56,937 nucleotides of DNA from Andalucia godoyi And28 (lineage: Eukaryota > Protista > Jakobida). A program made the position numbers and the translations under genes. Below are positions 38,181 to 48,205 of the stretch, piece by piece. Within the stretch, counting starts at the first letter, position 1. The number at the start of each line of letters is the position of its first letter. The stretch is from the NCBI GenBank assembly GCA_009859145.1, contig VRVR01000014.1, forward strand, positions 335,373 to 392,309, written 5' to 3'. The notes beneath the pieces are model-generated. The model searched no databases, was not told the DNA's origin, and saw nothing but the letters and a program-made list of their open reading frames with translations.

Positions 38181-40541
38181 ATGTCAAAGCATCAAAAATG
38201 CTGTCGCGTTGCCACCACAGCAACTCGTCAATTTCGAAGATGTCTTCGATTTCTAGATCCAATTTGTTGCATTCTGCCCGTTATGACAAAAGTTTCCAAA
38301 TACAATGGGGCGCTGTCAAGGGCATGCATTTGTCTGGCAAACGCGAGAGCGTGTGTGGCGTCAGAAGAATACATTAACGAAGGGTTTGTGCTCATCGCTT
38401 ACAAATGGTTTTTGTTGTCGGGAGCTGTGTCAGTAGTCCGGTATTTATCTCTGCTGCAGATGTTACTGGCCCTTTTCGAAGCCCCAGCTGCTTTGTTTCC
38501 GGGGGTGCTTCCTCGAGAACTCTTGTTCTCTCTTGAACTGTTCATGTTGCTCGTGTATCTGCTGGAAATGTGGGTTTCGGTTTGGGTTTTGAAGGACAGG
38601 CGTCGGTGGTTTTTTGATATGTGGAACGTATCGTTCTTTCTTGTGACCGCGATCAGTTTTGGTGGAAATGTTCTGCTGACGTTGGTCCAGGACCGGTATT
38701 CTGCGTTTGTTCGTTTTCTTCGTCCTTTCTATGTGATTTGGCACCACCAAGTTCTTCGAACTGTGGTTTCCAACATCCTGTCTTCCTTAATGGATATTGC
38801 GAACCTCATCTTGGTGTTTGCATTCTACTTTTTCATCATGCTCGCTGTTTTTGTGGGGGTTTTTCGCGGAACTGCAGAGGGAAATGCCTATTTCGCAACT
38901 CCAGGGGATGCGATTTACTACTTGTTTGTGACAATGACGACTGTTAATTTTCCAGATGTGATGATCCCCGCGTACAATGAGAATGGATTGTATGCTTGCT
39001 TTTTTGTTGTATTTCTTCTCACCTGTACCGTTTTCTTCCTCAACTTAACAACAGCGACGATGTACAGGACGTACCGCGGGTCTCTGATACAGTCCACTGA
39101 GGACAAGAAGGGCCACAAGAAGCAGTCATTTCGAAAATCGTTTTTCTATTGCAGGGAAATGGAATTGATTGCCAATTCTGGAGGCGGGAGATCGTTTGAC
39201 AACCTATCCGAACGGGACCCGCTGGTCCAGATCAGCTATTCTACGTTTCATAATGTCCTGAGCGACTGTGGGCTGCAGATGTCGGATGATGAATTTCGCA
39301 AATTCAGCTTTATTGTAGATGAATCGCAAGTTGGAACCATTAACATTGCAGAATTTCAGAAGTCTGTTTCTGCTGTGTGGTTCTCACGTAGAAAACTGGA
39401 TTCCTTTTTGCTCACCAGACTACCGTTTAACAGAATTGTTGAGGAAGGTTGGTATGTCGCGTTGGTACGACTTTGGAAGGGAACGCTGTATCAAGCAATG
39501 GTAGATTCACAGGGATTCTTGTATTTGATCTACCTTCTGAGTGTGCTTTTCGTGAACAACGAGGATCCAGCGTTTCTTTCGCGTGGCCCTTTTGTGAAAT
39601 CGTCGGCCAATGAATCTCTCTTGGCCGGAGGGAGTTCACGAATGATTGTGGATTGTGTCTACCTCGCGACTTTGTGCTGCCACACTTTGTTTTCAATCCT
39701 AGTCCTTCGAGGGAAGTTTTTCTCGACGTCCTCGTGGAATTCGTTTGACCTACTTCTTGTTGTCTACGGAGTTACATTGTACTTCATCGCCATTGGCGTA
39801 GAATGTCCCAGCGGAACTTGGATAACGCTGTCTGTTCTCTTTTGCTGTCGATCTGCCCGGTTGTTGGGAAACTTTTCAGGCACGTCTCGGGTGTTGTTCA
39901 CGATCAAGGACATTGTTCCAGTTTTAGCTCCTTTTTTGTTGTTGGAATTATGCGTTATGTACAGCGTTGCTCAAATTGGGATACTATTGTTCAACGGCAA
40001 GATCGATCGTGATGACGGTGATCTTGTTCGGAGTGACTACGGAAAAGCTGCATACTTTCAACTGTCCTTCAATACCATTGGTGAAGCATATGTTACTCTT
40101 TTCGCATTGTTAATGATTAACAACTGGAACGTGGTTGCGACGGGTTTCGTCGCTGTTACGTCCCCTTGGAGTCGGCTGTTCTTCGTCTTCAATTACTTCC
40201 TGCAGGTCGTGATCATCTTGAACTGCATCCTTGCGTTCATCATCGAGACATACAGTCTGTTGTACACAATGAGGGAGCGTACATCACTATTGCGAGAATC
40301 GAGTTTCGTTGCGAAGAGGAAACTCAGACAGGTCCGAAAGAGTCTCTCAAAAGCGTCTCTGTCGGAAATGGATAACGAAGGTTTTGACTCTCGAATTATG
40401 GAACGATGGCGACGATTTGCTGCCAAACTCTTGCATCACGTTGCGAGCCAGTCTGAGTTGCCCACCGATGAATTTGCGGACGAGGTTACAGGTTCTGTTA
40501 TGGACAATGCTGAAAGTGATGGGAATCTTCCCACAGATTAG
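38181..40541 (+). CDS. Two-pore cation channel (TPC family) with inter-domain EF-hand-like segment (about 786 aa; start may instead be 38283)
   Basis: Two 6-TM modules. S4 VRFLRPF. Pore I LFVTMTTVNFPDVMIPAY, S6 FLNLTTATMY. DESQVGTINIAEF linker. Pore II LFALLMINNW, S6 LNCILAFIIETY. Confidence 0.88.
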   Translation: MSKHQKCCRVATTATRQFRRCLRFLDPICCILPVMTKVSKYNGALSRACICLANARACVASEEYINEGFVLIAYKWFLLSGAVSVVRYLSLLQMLLALFEAPAALFPGVLPRELLFSLELFMLLVYLLEMWVSVWVLKDRRRWFFDMWNVSFFLVTAISFGGNVLLTLVQDRYSAFVRFLRPFYVIWHHQVLRTVVSNILSSLMDIANLILVFAFYFFIMLAVFVGVFRGTAEGNAYFATPGDAIYYLFVTMTTVNFPDVMIPAYNENGLYACFFVVFLLTCTVFFLNLTTATMYRTYRGSLIQSTEDKKGHKKQSFRKSFFYCREMELIANSGGGRSFDNLSERDPLVQISYSTFHNVLSDCGLQMSDDEFRKFSFIVDESQVGTINIAEFQKSVSAVWFSRRKLDSFLLTRLPFNRIVEEGWYVALVRLWKGTLYQAMVDSQGFLYLIYLLSVLFVNNEDPAFLSRGPFVKSSANESLLAGGSSRMIVDCVYLATLCCHTLFSILVLRGKFFSTSSWNSFDLLLVVYGVTLYFIAIGVECPSGTWITLSVLFCCRSARLLGNFSGTSRVLFTIKDIVPVLAPFLLLELCVMYSVAQIGILLFNGKIDRDDGDLVRSDYGKAAYFQLSFNTIGEAYVTLFALLMINNWNVVATGFVAVTSPWSRLFFVFNYFLQVVIILNCILAFIIETYSLLYTMRERTSLLRESSFVAKRKLRQVRKSLSKASLSEMDNEGFDSRIMERWRRFAAKLLHHVASQSELPTDEFADEVTGSVMDNAESDGNLPTD

Positions 40542-41114
40542 CTTGTCGGTGTTCGTGCGTTATGCTGTTTGCGGGCAATGCAGTTTATAAATGAACGAGT
40601 TTTTTTTCTTTGTTTATCCACGAAGCTGAGCATCCAAACCAATGAAATTGTATACTTTGTTCGAAACAAAAGATGATACAGTGAGAGAACCAGTGTCGAT
40701 CGTCAGCTAAGACGAGCAAAAAATCTCTCTTGTTTCCACGCTTGCAGCGCTGCGTGCATCACTCTCTCTATTTCAGTGGTGCTGCGGGCCGGAAAGCTTG
40801 CAAATCAACCACATCTGATTCAATGGGGAAATTGGGTTTCTGCCTCAGAGTGTCGTCGAGCAGGCTTCCCAAGAAGTTCTTGCATCTTTTCTCCCACGGC
40901 GTTCACTCCACACATTTGTCGTGCATCAATCGACTATCGGAAATGCTGCCTGGTGGACGACACTCGGTTCGCAGTCTGAATCGTCGACCGAAGTCCGCCG
41001 TATATGTGCTCTGCGAAGTCGCTACGCTTCACAATCAACAGTCGGGAAATCCTGAATTGCATGCCATGCTTGGTTCTGCTATAAACGACTTCAACGAAGA
41101 TTTGCTTCGACATT

Positions 41115-44100
41115 TTACATGGTCAAAACCGACAGGTCTGGTGGCTGGGATGATAGGATATTCTGCCAGTCTGGATCGGGAAAGTGGGACTCTGTCAGTC
41201 GTTGCTTCACAAAGAAAGTTTGCATTTCTCCCTTTCCCTTAATTTGCGTAAAACCACGGTCTTCAAAGTCATACTTTCCGTATAGGGCTTCGTATGTCGC
41301 TCTGCTGACGTGAATCCTAAATGGATCACCTGACGATTCCATGCGCGATGCCACATTTACGCTGTCTGACCAGAGATCGAACGCAAACTTGCTTTCACCA
41401 ATCACACCTGCAACAACCGGTCCGGTGTGATTTCCAATACGGAGACGGACTTGTTCTTTGACAAGTAATCGACCATCTGAGTTCAGAATGTCCACAAGCT
41501 TGAGAACTGCCATAGAAAACTCCATCATTCGCTCTGCGTGGTCGTGCATGGGCTCGGGAACGCCGCAAACTGCAAAGTACGAGTCCCCGACCGTTTTGAT
41601 TTTTTCCACGCCATAATGTTTTGCTAATCTGTCCATGCAGGAAACGAGTGTGTTCAGCATGTTCACCAGCTGGACCGGAGTTAAACGACTGGACAATTCC
41701 GTGAAGCTCACCATGTCGGAAAAAAACAGCGAACAACTCTCGGTGTAATCCGCAATCACTGTTTCACCATTTTGCAGCCTGCGAACTATCGTGTCCGGAA
41801 GGGTATTACGAAGCAAATCGTCAGATCGCTTCTTCTCGAACGACAACAACTTTTCTTTTCGAATGTCATCGGTCATGTCACGCACGAACGCAACAAAACT
41901 CGCATCCGTCTCTACAATATCGAGCCGGACATTGAACAGCGATCCGTCCGATCTGCACAGCACACTTTCAACACGCTTTTTCTTGGATGTGGACGACAGC
42001 GATTCTTCTATCAGCGCTTTCAGCACGGAAGAAATGGTTCTGCGATTCTCATTTCCGTTAACCATAGACAGAAAGTAGCGACCTGCTAAGGCACCCGTTG
42101 ACTTCGCATTCATCATGGTCTGAAACACCTCGTTGAAACTCTCAATCTGCGGTTCGTCGTAGTCTTTTGTCAACTCGACAATGCCATCTCCGGAAGTTTC
42201 GACAATACGTTTCGCCCTCTTCTCGCTTGCCTGAACCCTTGCCACCAGCTCATTTCTAGAAGCATTGGTTAGGGAAGTGTCAACACCCGCCATTTGCGAC
42301 CGTCGACTTCCAGAATTTATAACGACAGCCAGGATATGGTCGTTTGCTTCGATGAATTGTGCTGGAAGTTGCAGAAACATCATGCGCGTTATGCGGGCGT
42401 CAGCCTCCAGTTCCTGCAGTGAGAAAAACAGCAGCATCAGCATAACCAACGCCACTGGAATCACGCATCCGAAAATAATGTCGGATGTCAGCGTCATGGT
42501 ATTCACATTGTTATCATATTGAGACCGATACAATTCATACTCCGGCAGAAGACACGCCGAGGAAAGAGATGTGTGAAACAGAATAATTCTGTGCAACACG
42601 GGTGATGAATAGGAAAGGGCCGAATCAGGAGTGGCAATCCATTGATTCAATGCGTCGACGTACTGGCTCAGAAAGCCAACACAAGACCAGCAATGGAAAC
42701 TGGATCCGTCGGAGCATCGTTGAGTATAATAAAGTGTATCAAGCTGTGGGACATCACCATCCGAGCCTGGAGTACCGAGAGACTCGGATCCCGTCCTCAC
42801 TGCCAGGTCATACGTCAACATCGTGCTGATCGATTTGCTCATCGCATGTCGTACCTGATTTGTGCCGCTCGGCCAAGTACGTGAATCGTTGGAGATCAGT
42901 TCCAAAGCTAGCGCATGCAGCAGTGACGCTTGACTGCTTCTTCCCGCTGCATAAACTACATTGTTCGTTCTGTACCGATACTGCGCTACGTAAACCAATC
43001 CTTGTGCGCAGAACACGCACATCACACACAACAGAATGAGAGATGTTCCAAGAAAGCAAGCAGTCAGCCGTTTGGCTGGATCTTTCTTGTAAGACAGCTG
43101 TCCAGCAGAATCACTTTCAAAAGGCGATGTTCCAAACTGCTCGGCCACAATCTCTGCAGACCGAGGATCTTTTTGGTGAGTGACATTGCCATCGCGACCC
43201 CCAACCTGGATGTACACTTTCCGAACGACGCTTTTTGGGATTGTTGTAAACAGATGAAAAACTTCATCGCGTTCCTTCTTGAATCTTTGGAGGGAAGGTC
43301 GAAACAACGCCAAGTACAAGATGACAGGAAGCAGGACAGCTAAGATGAGCAATGCAATCAGTACGTTTCTCAAGATTACGTCTTGTTCAAGAACATATGA
43401 AGATATCTTGGATATCACCGAGCCCAATGAGCTGAACATGACATTTGGACAGTTGTCAGCAAGGAAGCGATAGCTTGCATCTACCGAGAGACTGGTAACG
43501 CTCGTGGTGGTCAGATTTGTGACAATTCCAGCAGAAACGATGAAGCGAGCAGCCAGGTCGCGGAACGATAGCACGACGCCCGTCGCAAACTGGTCAGCAA
43601 TCGGATTGTAGACTGCGGGAGCGTACGCATTGGAATCGAAGATCGTTGACACGGCTTCATTGCTCAGCGACGAGCTAGAAGGGGAAGTCAGATTGCCCAC
43701 CATCCAGCCAATTTCTGCAGCTTGAAGCACTATCCGAGAGGGGATACTTGATGCAGAAAACACCTGATCAAGGCCCGCCATTTCGAATGTGCTGTTCGCC
43801 AGCGACATTGTCCGGGTGTAAAACAGAGACATGGCACTCCACGACTGACTCTGGGACGAGATGTCTACTGTCGTCGAATGAAGAGAGTATCCATTCAACA
43901 GCACTTTTTGGACCACAAAAGTGCCAATTACACCGAGAACTAGGAGGAGGATCGCGGCAATAGTAGCTATCCTTAGCTGACTGAAAGTCGAAGAACAACT
44001 GGATTGCAATCGTCGCCGCCATGCAGAAACAACTGCATACTGTCTGTCAACAGCAGACGCTGTTGATAGATTGTCCGCATTGAGTGCATTATTTTCATTT

Positions 44101-46544
44101 TCCCAGGTTCCACTCCTTTCATCATCCAACCCACCATGTGCAGCAGGCTCCATCTCGTTTGTAGCTTCCGAAGATACATTACCAATGAAAACAGGAGTGT
44201 TGTCATCCTTGTTTGGGCTAAACTGAAATGCAGACCTGCGCTTCAGTGACTGGGCGTGTGTCAGCAAAGCAGTGGGATGATTGCTGGGACGATCAACGCT
44301 GGGGCTTACGCTGGGGCTTGCGCTGGCGCTGATCGATGTATGTGCAGGAGCCTTTATCATCCTCGGCACCATAGAGGCTGCTCGAGTCCCATTGTTGGAG
44401 AAAGCGAGCGAGCTCGAAGACTGGTATATGGACATGCTTGTAGCCCGCTGAATCCGTCGATTTGTCTCTTCTTCCTCGTAGACACTCGCGTCATCCAGCA
44501 GTTCATGAGCTCTTGCAGGATCGGATTCTACGTACATGAGAAATCGAGAGAAAGACCGAAGAACACGAGGATCTCTTCCGAAACGCATGGACAGTGTTTC
44601 GAAACCGCTCGTGGCCTTTGCTGAATGTTCATGGATAGCTGATATCAACGGCGGCAGCTTTTCGACCGCAGGATTTTCATCAAGCAGCACATTCCAGAAG
44701 GAACGCAAGGACTCAAAGCAAGTCATGGACTGAAACTGCGGAGCTGCAAGCAGCGTCTGCATCATCATGCTGTCAGAATCAACTCCAGCTGTGCCCGAGG
44801 AAATAGAGATTAGAGTGATCTGCAAAACATCCAGGCAAAATCTTTGGAAGAACGTCAGCTCACGGTGCCCGCTTCCAGGCGTGTCGCTCTCTGCTAGAGA
44901 CCTTTTTCGAGACTTTGTCCAAGTGCCAGCAAGCAAATCACGCATTACGCGATGAGTAAGTCGAGGATCCAGTTGGGATCGTTCGAGGATATCTTTCATT
45001 TCCTCAGAATGTTCGAGGTCTTTTTGCGCGTAGCGAGGAAGACGAGAAGATGCGAATATTCCAATTTCCATGTCACAGCGCACTCCTCGAGCATTCAGTT
45101 CGGAGACGGTCTGCGCGTGCTGCATCAAGTACGATCGAATGCAGAGGTAAAGCAGCCATAGAAGGGAAGAATTGGCATATGTAGATGACAAAGCACGCTC
45201 CAGAAGCGTCACCGCATTGCCAATCCCCGCCGTTGAGTGCTGCAAGATGAACAGCCGAGCGACAAATGCAACGTTGCCCGTCGACGCCATTGCAGCTTCC
45301 CAGAAGGTATCTGCCGCATCGGAAACGCAGCTTCGTGGCGAGCAAGAGGAACTTCTCGAAGAACTGACAGAGGGATCCCACGATACAGCAGACTGGCCAC
45401 GAGAATTCATGTCATCATCGCCGTTCACAGGGGTAATTCGAATACTGTTCTTTGCAGAAGATGAAGTCAGTCCAGCCATGGAATAAAATTGGTTTTCCGC
45501 GACGACCCATCGGCGATACACGGATACGGAGCCCAGTAGAAATCCGCATGTCATAAGAGACAGCAAAATGTAAAAATCGCTGTTTTGTTTTTTTTGCTGC
45601 GAGTCGATCAGACTCGTCAATATCATGGTTACTCCTGCAAATGCACTTGCTAACGACACTCCAGCGACCAAAGCCGTCGCACCAAGTCTTAGAAACGCAA
45701 ACGATGATGAAACTTGCTTGCAAATAAATGCGTACAGGAGAAGAATCAAGACGCCCTGGACGATGGGCATGGGGACCATCATGACAATCACCAAACACAA
45801 TGCAGGAATGATGCGGACGGTAATATTTGTCGGGCCAATCATAATGGCTGAATAGTCCCAAGGACTGCAAATGATGAGTGCAGCAGGCCTGACGATCATG
45901 GCATGCCAAGTCGCCACAGTGATGCACGGAATGAGCGTGAGGACAGACAGAGCGACGAATCCAGATCCGCAAGCAGTGTCCGGAAAGTCTGTGGTTGTAT
46001 GCGTAGAATATCTACAGGAAATGAATACCATCGCACGACGGATCGTCGTGATCAGGCCCAATGAGTTTAGCTCCAAATACAAGGAGACGAGAACAGATAA
46101 GCTGTAGCCGACTTGTTTTGCCCCTCCCCGCATCAGCCTGCTCGCAACCAGCGTGCACACAAGCAATGCATATTGCAAGACACACAAGATGATCAAAAAT
46201 AGAAAGTTGGAATTGGATGATCCAAGGGGGCCAAGAAGCAAGGCAGAGTCACCCAGCATCGCGACGAATGCCAGCTCGGACGATGCGGAAGACGTGCCAA
46301 ACGAACACGTCGAAATGCAAAGCACTTGGAGCAGCAGCAACGCAAACGACACATTCCGAATGATGATCGTTCGTGACGTCCTTCCTTCTCTTCGCATCTC
46401 GGATGCCAGAGGAGCTGAAACCTCGCATGCCTTGCGAACGAAGCGGTGACATCGATCTGCAAGCGAAACAGATTCTGTACTGCTGAAGATTGAGCGGGAG
46501 TCTATCGACACACTGTCCTCTTCTACCGACGCCGATTGCGACAT
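41115..46544 (-). CDS. Multi-TM TmcB/TmcC-like receptor with PAS domain and C-terminal class III (adenylyl-type) cyclase (1809 aa)
   Basis: N-terminal TM cluster. TPR-like ...RFGRDPRVLRSFSRFLMYV...A. Further TM pairs. PAS IVETSGDGIV...RSDGSLF...FVAFVRDMT. Cyclase FFSDMVSFT, EKIKTVGDSY, RIGNHTGPVVAGVIG, FDLWSDSVNVASRMES. Confidence 0.9.
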   Translation of the reverse strand: MSQSASVEEDSVSIDSRSIFSSTESVSLADRCHRFVRKACEVSAPLASEMRREGRTSRTIIIRNVSFALLLLQVLCISTCSFGTSSASSELAFVAMLGDSALLLGPLGSSNSNFLFLIILCVLQYALLVCTLVASRLMRGGAKQVGYSLSVLVSLYLELNSLGLITTIRRAMVFISCRYSTHTTTDFPDTACGSGFVALSVLTLIPCITVATWHAMIVRPAALIICSPWDYSAIMIGPTNITVRIIPALCLVIVMMVPMPIVQGVLILLLYAFICKQVSSSFAFLRLGATALVAGVSLASAFAGVTMILTSLIDSQQKKQNSDFYILLSLMTCGFLLGSVSVYRRWVVAENQFYSMAGLTSSSAKNSIRITPVNGDDDMNSRGQSAVSWDPSVSSSRSSSCSPRSCVSDAADTFWEAAMASTGNVAFVARLFILQHSTAGIGNAVTLLERALSSTYANSSLLWLLYLCIRSYLMQHAQTVSELNARGVRCDMEIGIFASSRLPRYAQKDLEHSEEMKDILERSQLDPRLTHRVMRDLLAGTWTKSRKRSLAESDTPGSGHRELTFFQRFCLDVLQITLISISSGTAGVDSDSMMMQTLLAAPQFQSMTCFESLRSFWNVLLDENPAVEKLPPLISAIHEHSAKATSGFETLSMRFGRDPRVLRSFSRFLMYVESDPARAHELLDDASVYEEEETNRRIQRATSMSIYQSSSSLAFSNNGTRAASMVPRMIKAPAHTSISASASPSVSPSVDRPSNHPTALLTHAQSLKRRSAFQFSPNKDDNTPVFIGNVSSEATNEMEPAAHGGLDDERSGTWENENNALNADNLSTASAVDRQYAVVSAWRRRLQSSCSSTFSQLRIATIAAILLLVLGVIGTFVVQKVLLNGYSLHSTTVDISSQSQSWSAMSLFYTRTMSLANSTFEMAGLDQVFSASSIPSRIVLQAAEIGWMVGNLTSPSSSSLSNEAVSTIFDSNAYAPAVYNPIADQFATGVVLSFRDLAARFIVSAGIVTNLTTTSVTSLSVDASYRFLADNCPNVMFSSLGSVISKISSYVLEQDVILRNVLIALLILAVLLPVILYLALFRPSLQRFKKERDEVFHLFTTIPKSVVRKVYIQVGGRDGNVTHQKDPRSAEIVAEQFGTSPFESDSAGQLSYKKDPAKRLTACFLGTSLILLCVMCVFCAQGLVYVAQYRYRTNNVVYAAGRSSQASLLHALALELISNDSRTWPSGTNQVRHAMSKSISTMLTYDLAVRTGSESLGTPGSDGDVPQLDTLYYTQRCSDGSSFHCWSCVGFLSQYVDALNQWIATPDSALSYSSPVLHRIILFHTSLSSACLLPEYELYRSQYDNNVNTMTLTSDIIFGCVIPVALVMLMLLFFSLQELEADARITRMMFLQLPAQFIEANDHILAVVINSGSRRSQMAGVDTSLTNASRNELVARVQASEKRAKRIVETSGDGIVELTKDYDEPQIESFNEVFQTMMNAKSTGALAGRYFLSMVNGNENRRTISSVLKALIEESLSSTSKKKRVESVLCRSDGSLFNVRLDIVETDASFVAFVRDMTDDIRKEKLLSFEKKRSDDLLRNTLPDTIVRRLQNGETVIADYTESCSLFFSDMVSFTELSSRLTPVQLVNMLNTLVSCMDRLAKHYGVEKIKTVGDSYFAVCGVPEPMHDHAERMMEFSMAVLKLVDILNSDGRLLVKEQVRLRIGNHTGPVVAGVIGESKFAFDLWSDSVNVASRMESSGDPFRIHVSRATYEALYGKYDFEDRGFTQIKGKGEMQTFFVKQRLTESHFPDPDWQNILSSQPPDLSVLTM

Positions 46545-48205
46545 TTTAAGATGCAGAAAGATGCTCAACAACTATTTTAAAATCCTTTTTTGTTTGTTTT
46601 TTTTCAATTTGGTCACAGCACAGAACAACACCAAAGAAAACGCAGTGCACAACTGTTTTTCAATCTTACTTTTTTTCCATGCGCGGAATTTCGGACGCAT
46701 GTTTTTTCCAGGTGCTTTCCGTTTTGCTGGAGTACAAATTTCAATACCACCTGTTCTGCCATGACAAAATTGCCTTTCAGGGAAGAAGTTTATCAAGAAA
46801 GGAATGTTCGGAGAAATGGGGAAATTCTGGTGGATGCCTTCCGGAGGAAGGCGAGGGTTCGTATGCAACCAGCGGATGCAGTTTCGCTTCGTGATTGCTC
46901 GCACACGGTCATCGGGGACCCTGCATGTCGGCGGCATTTTGGCTGTCCCCCTCCGCTTGTCCATCCGTTCCGCCCGCTTCCTTGTCCTTTCCTGACTTTG
47001 CCAAATGCGGACGCTTCGTGTTATTCGCAAACATCGAACGTTACTTGGTACAAGATTTGCTGCAAGCCCCCCTTTCTCTGTCGCAAACCGGGTTGTGTAC
47101 GCTGCGATATCAATCAATCATTGGGATGTTTTCCCTGCACGCCTTTCAACAGTTGTTTTTAAATAATTAATTAATTACTACTTGAAATAATAATATTATT
47201 TTAATGCACACACAATCAACAACACGCATTGAGAAATACAAGACGGTGGCAGGAGCACGCACAAAAAGACTTTGGAGAGATGCGCCATAAGACTAAACCA
47301 AACAAACAAGCAATCCACTCAATCTCAGCACGCAGAGAAATTCCCAAGAAGCAGGCAGATGAAGGCCCGCTGGATTCAACGATAATATGTGGCATCCACG
47401 GATACACACAGTTGGGAAAAAAGGCGACGCGAACATTCAGTACCTGTGAATGAAGAGGTTTGCAAATCATTTTGCATTGTTAAACGTTCGGAGGACAGGA
47501 TTTTTGGAGATCAAGTTCGTCCAAAGTTGAAGCGATTTCCAACTGTTTCGTCACAATGATAAGGGGGCGCAGGAACGCCTCCACAAATCAAAAGACAAAC
47601 ACCGAAAAAGACAGGAGTTTCGAGACCGAGCTGGAAGATTTCACTGGCGAACAGACACTTTCCTAGTTGGCACGCAGATTCATTCAGCAGACTATATCCA
47701 AACTGTCCGGAAAAAGGTCTTGTTTATCAGCTGAACGGAAACAAGAAACGTCAACGAAGTCATCAATTGAAAGAGCTCACACCAGAATTTGTTCAGTACG
47801 GAGATTCTCGTTGGATCTGCTGGTGGTGGGAGCTTCTCGCCTCCGTTCCCTCTCACTTTCGTACAATCTGTATCAAGACGGATTTCTCTTGCACATGTGC
47901 AACTATCTCAAGGAACGGGGGGGTTTTGTGTCCTTCTGGCATCGAAGTTGGAAGCATTTCACCTTTCGGGAATTCCATCCACACATACACGTCATCGAAC
48001 GGTGAAGCATGTCGACCATTTTTCCAGAAGCCGTTTTCTCGAAAAGAAAGCACAACCTTTCTACACACGCCGGAAATGACATTCGTCTGGGATTGCTCGA
48101 TTGCCCGGAGACGCGGAGGGCGTCCGCAATAAGCACTACATTGGAAAAAGACAACAAACAACTGAACCCAGAAGTCCAAAAACCCCCCACTCCATCCATC
48201 CTAGT

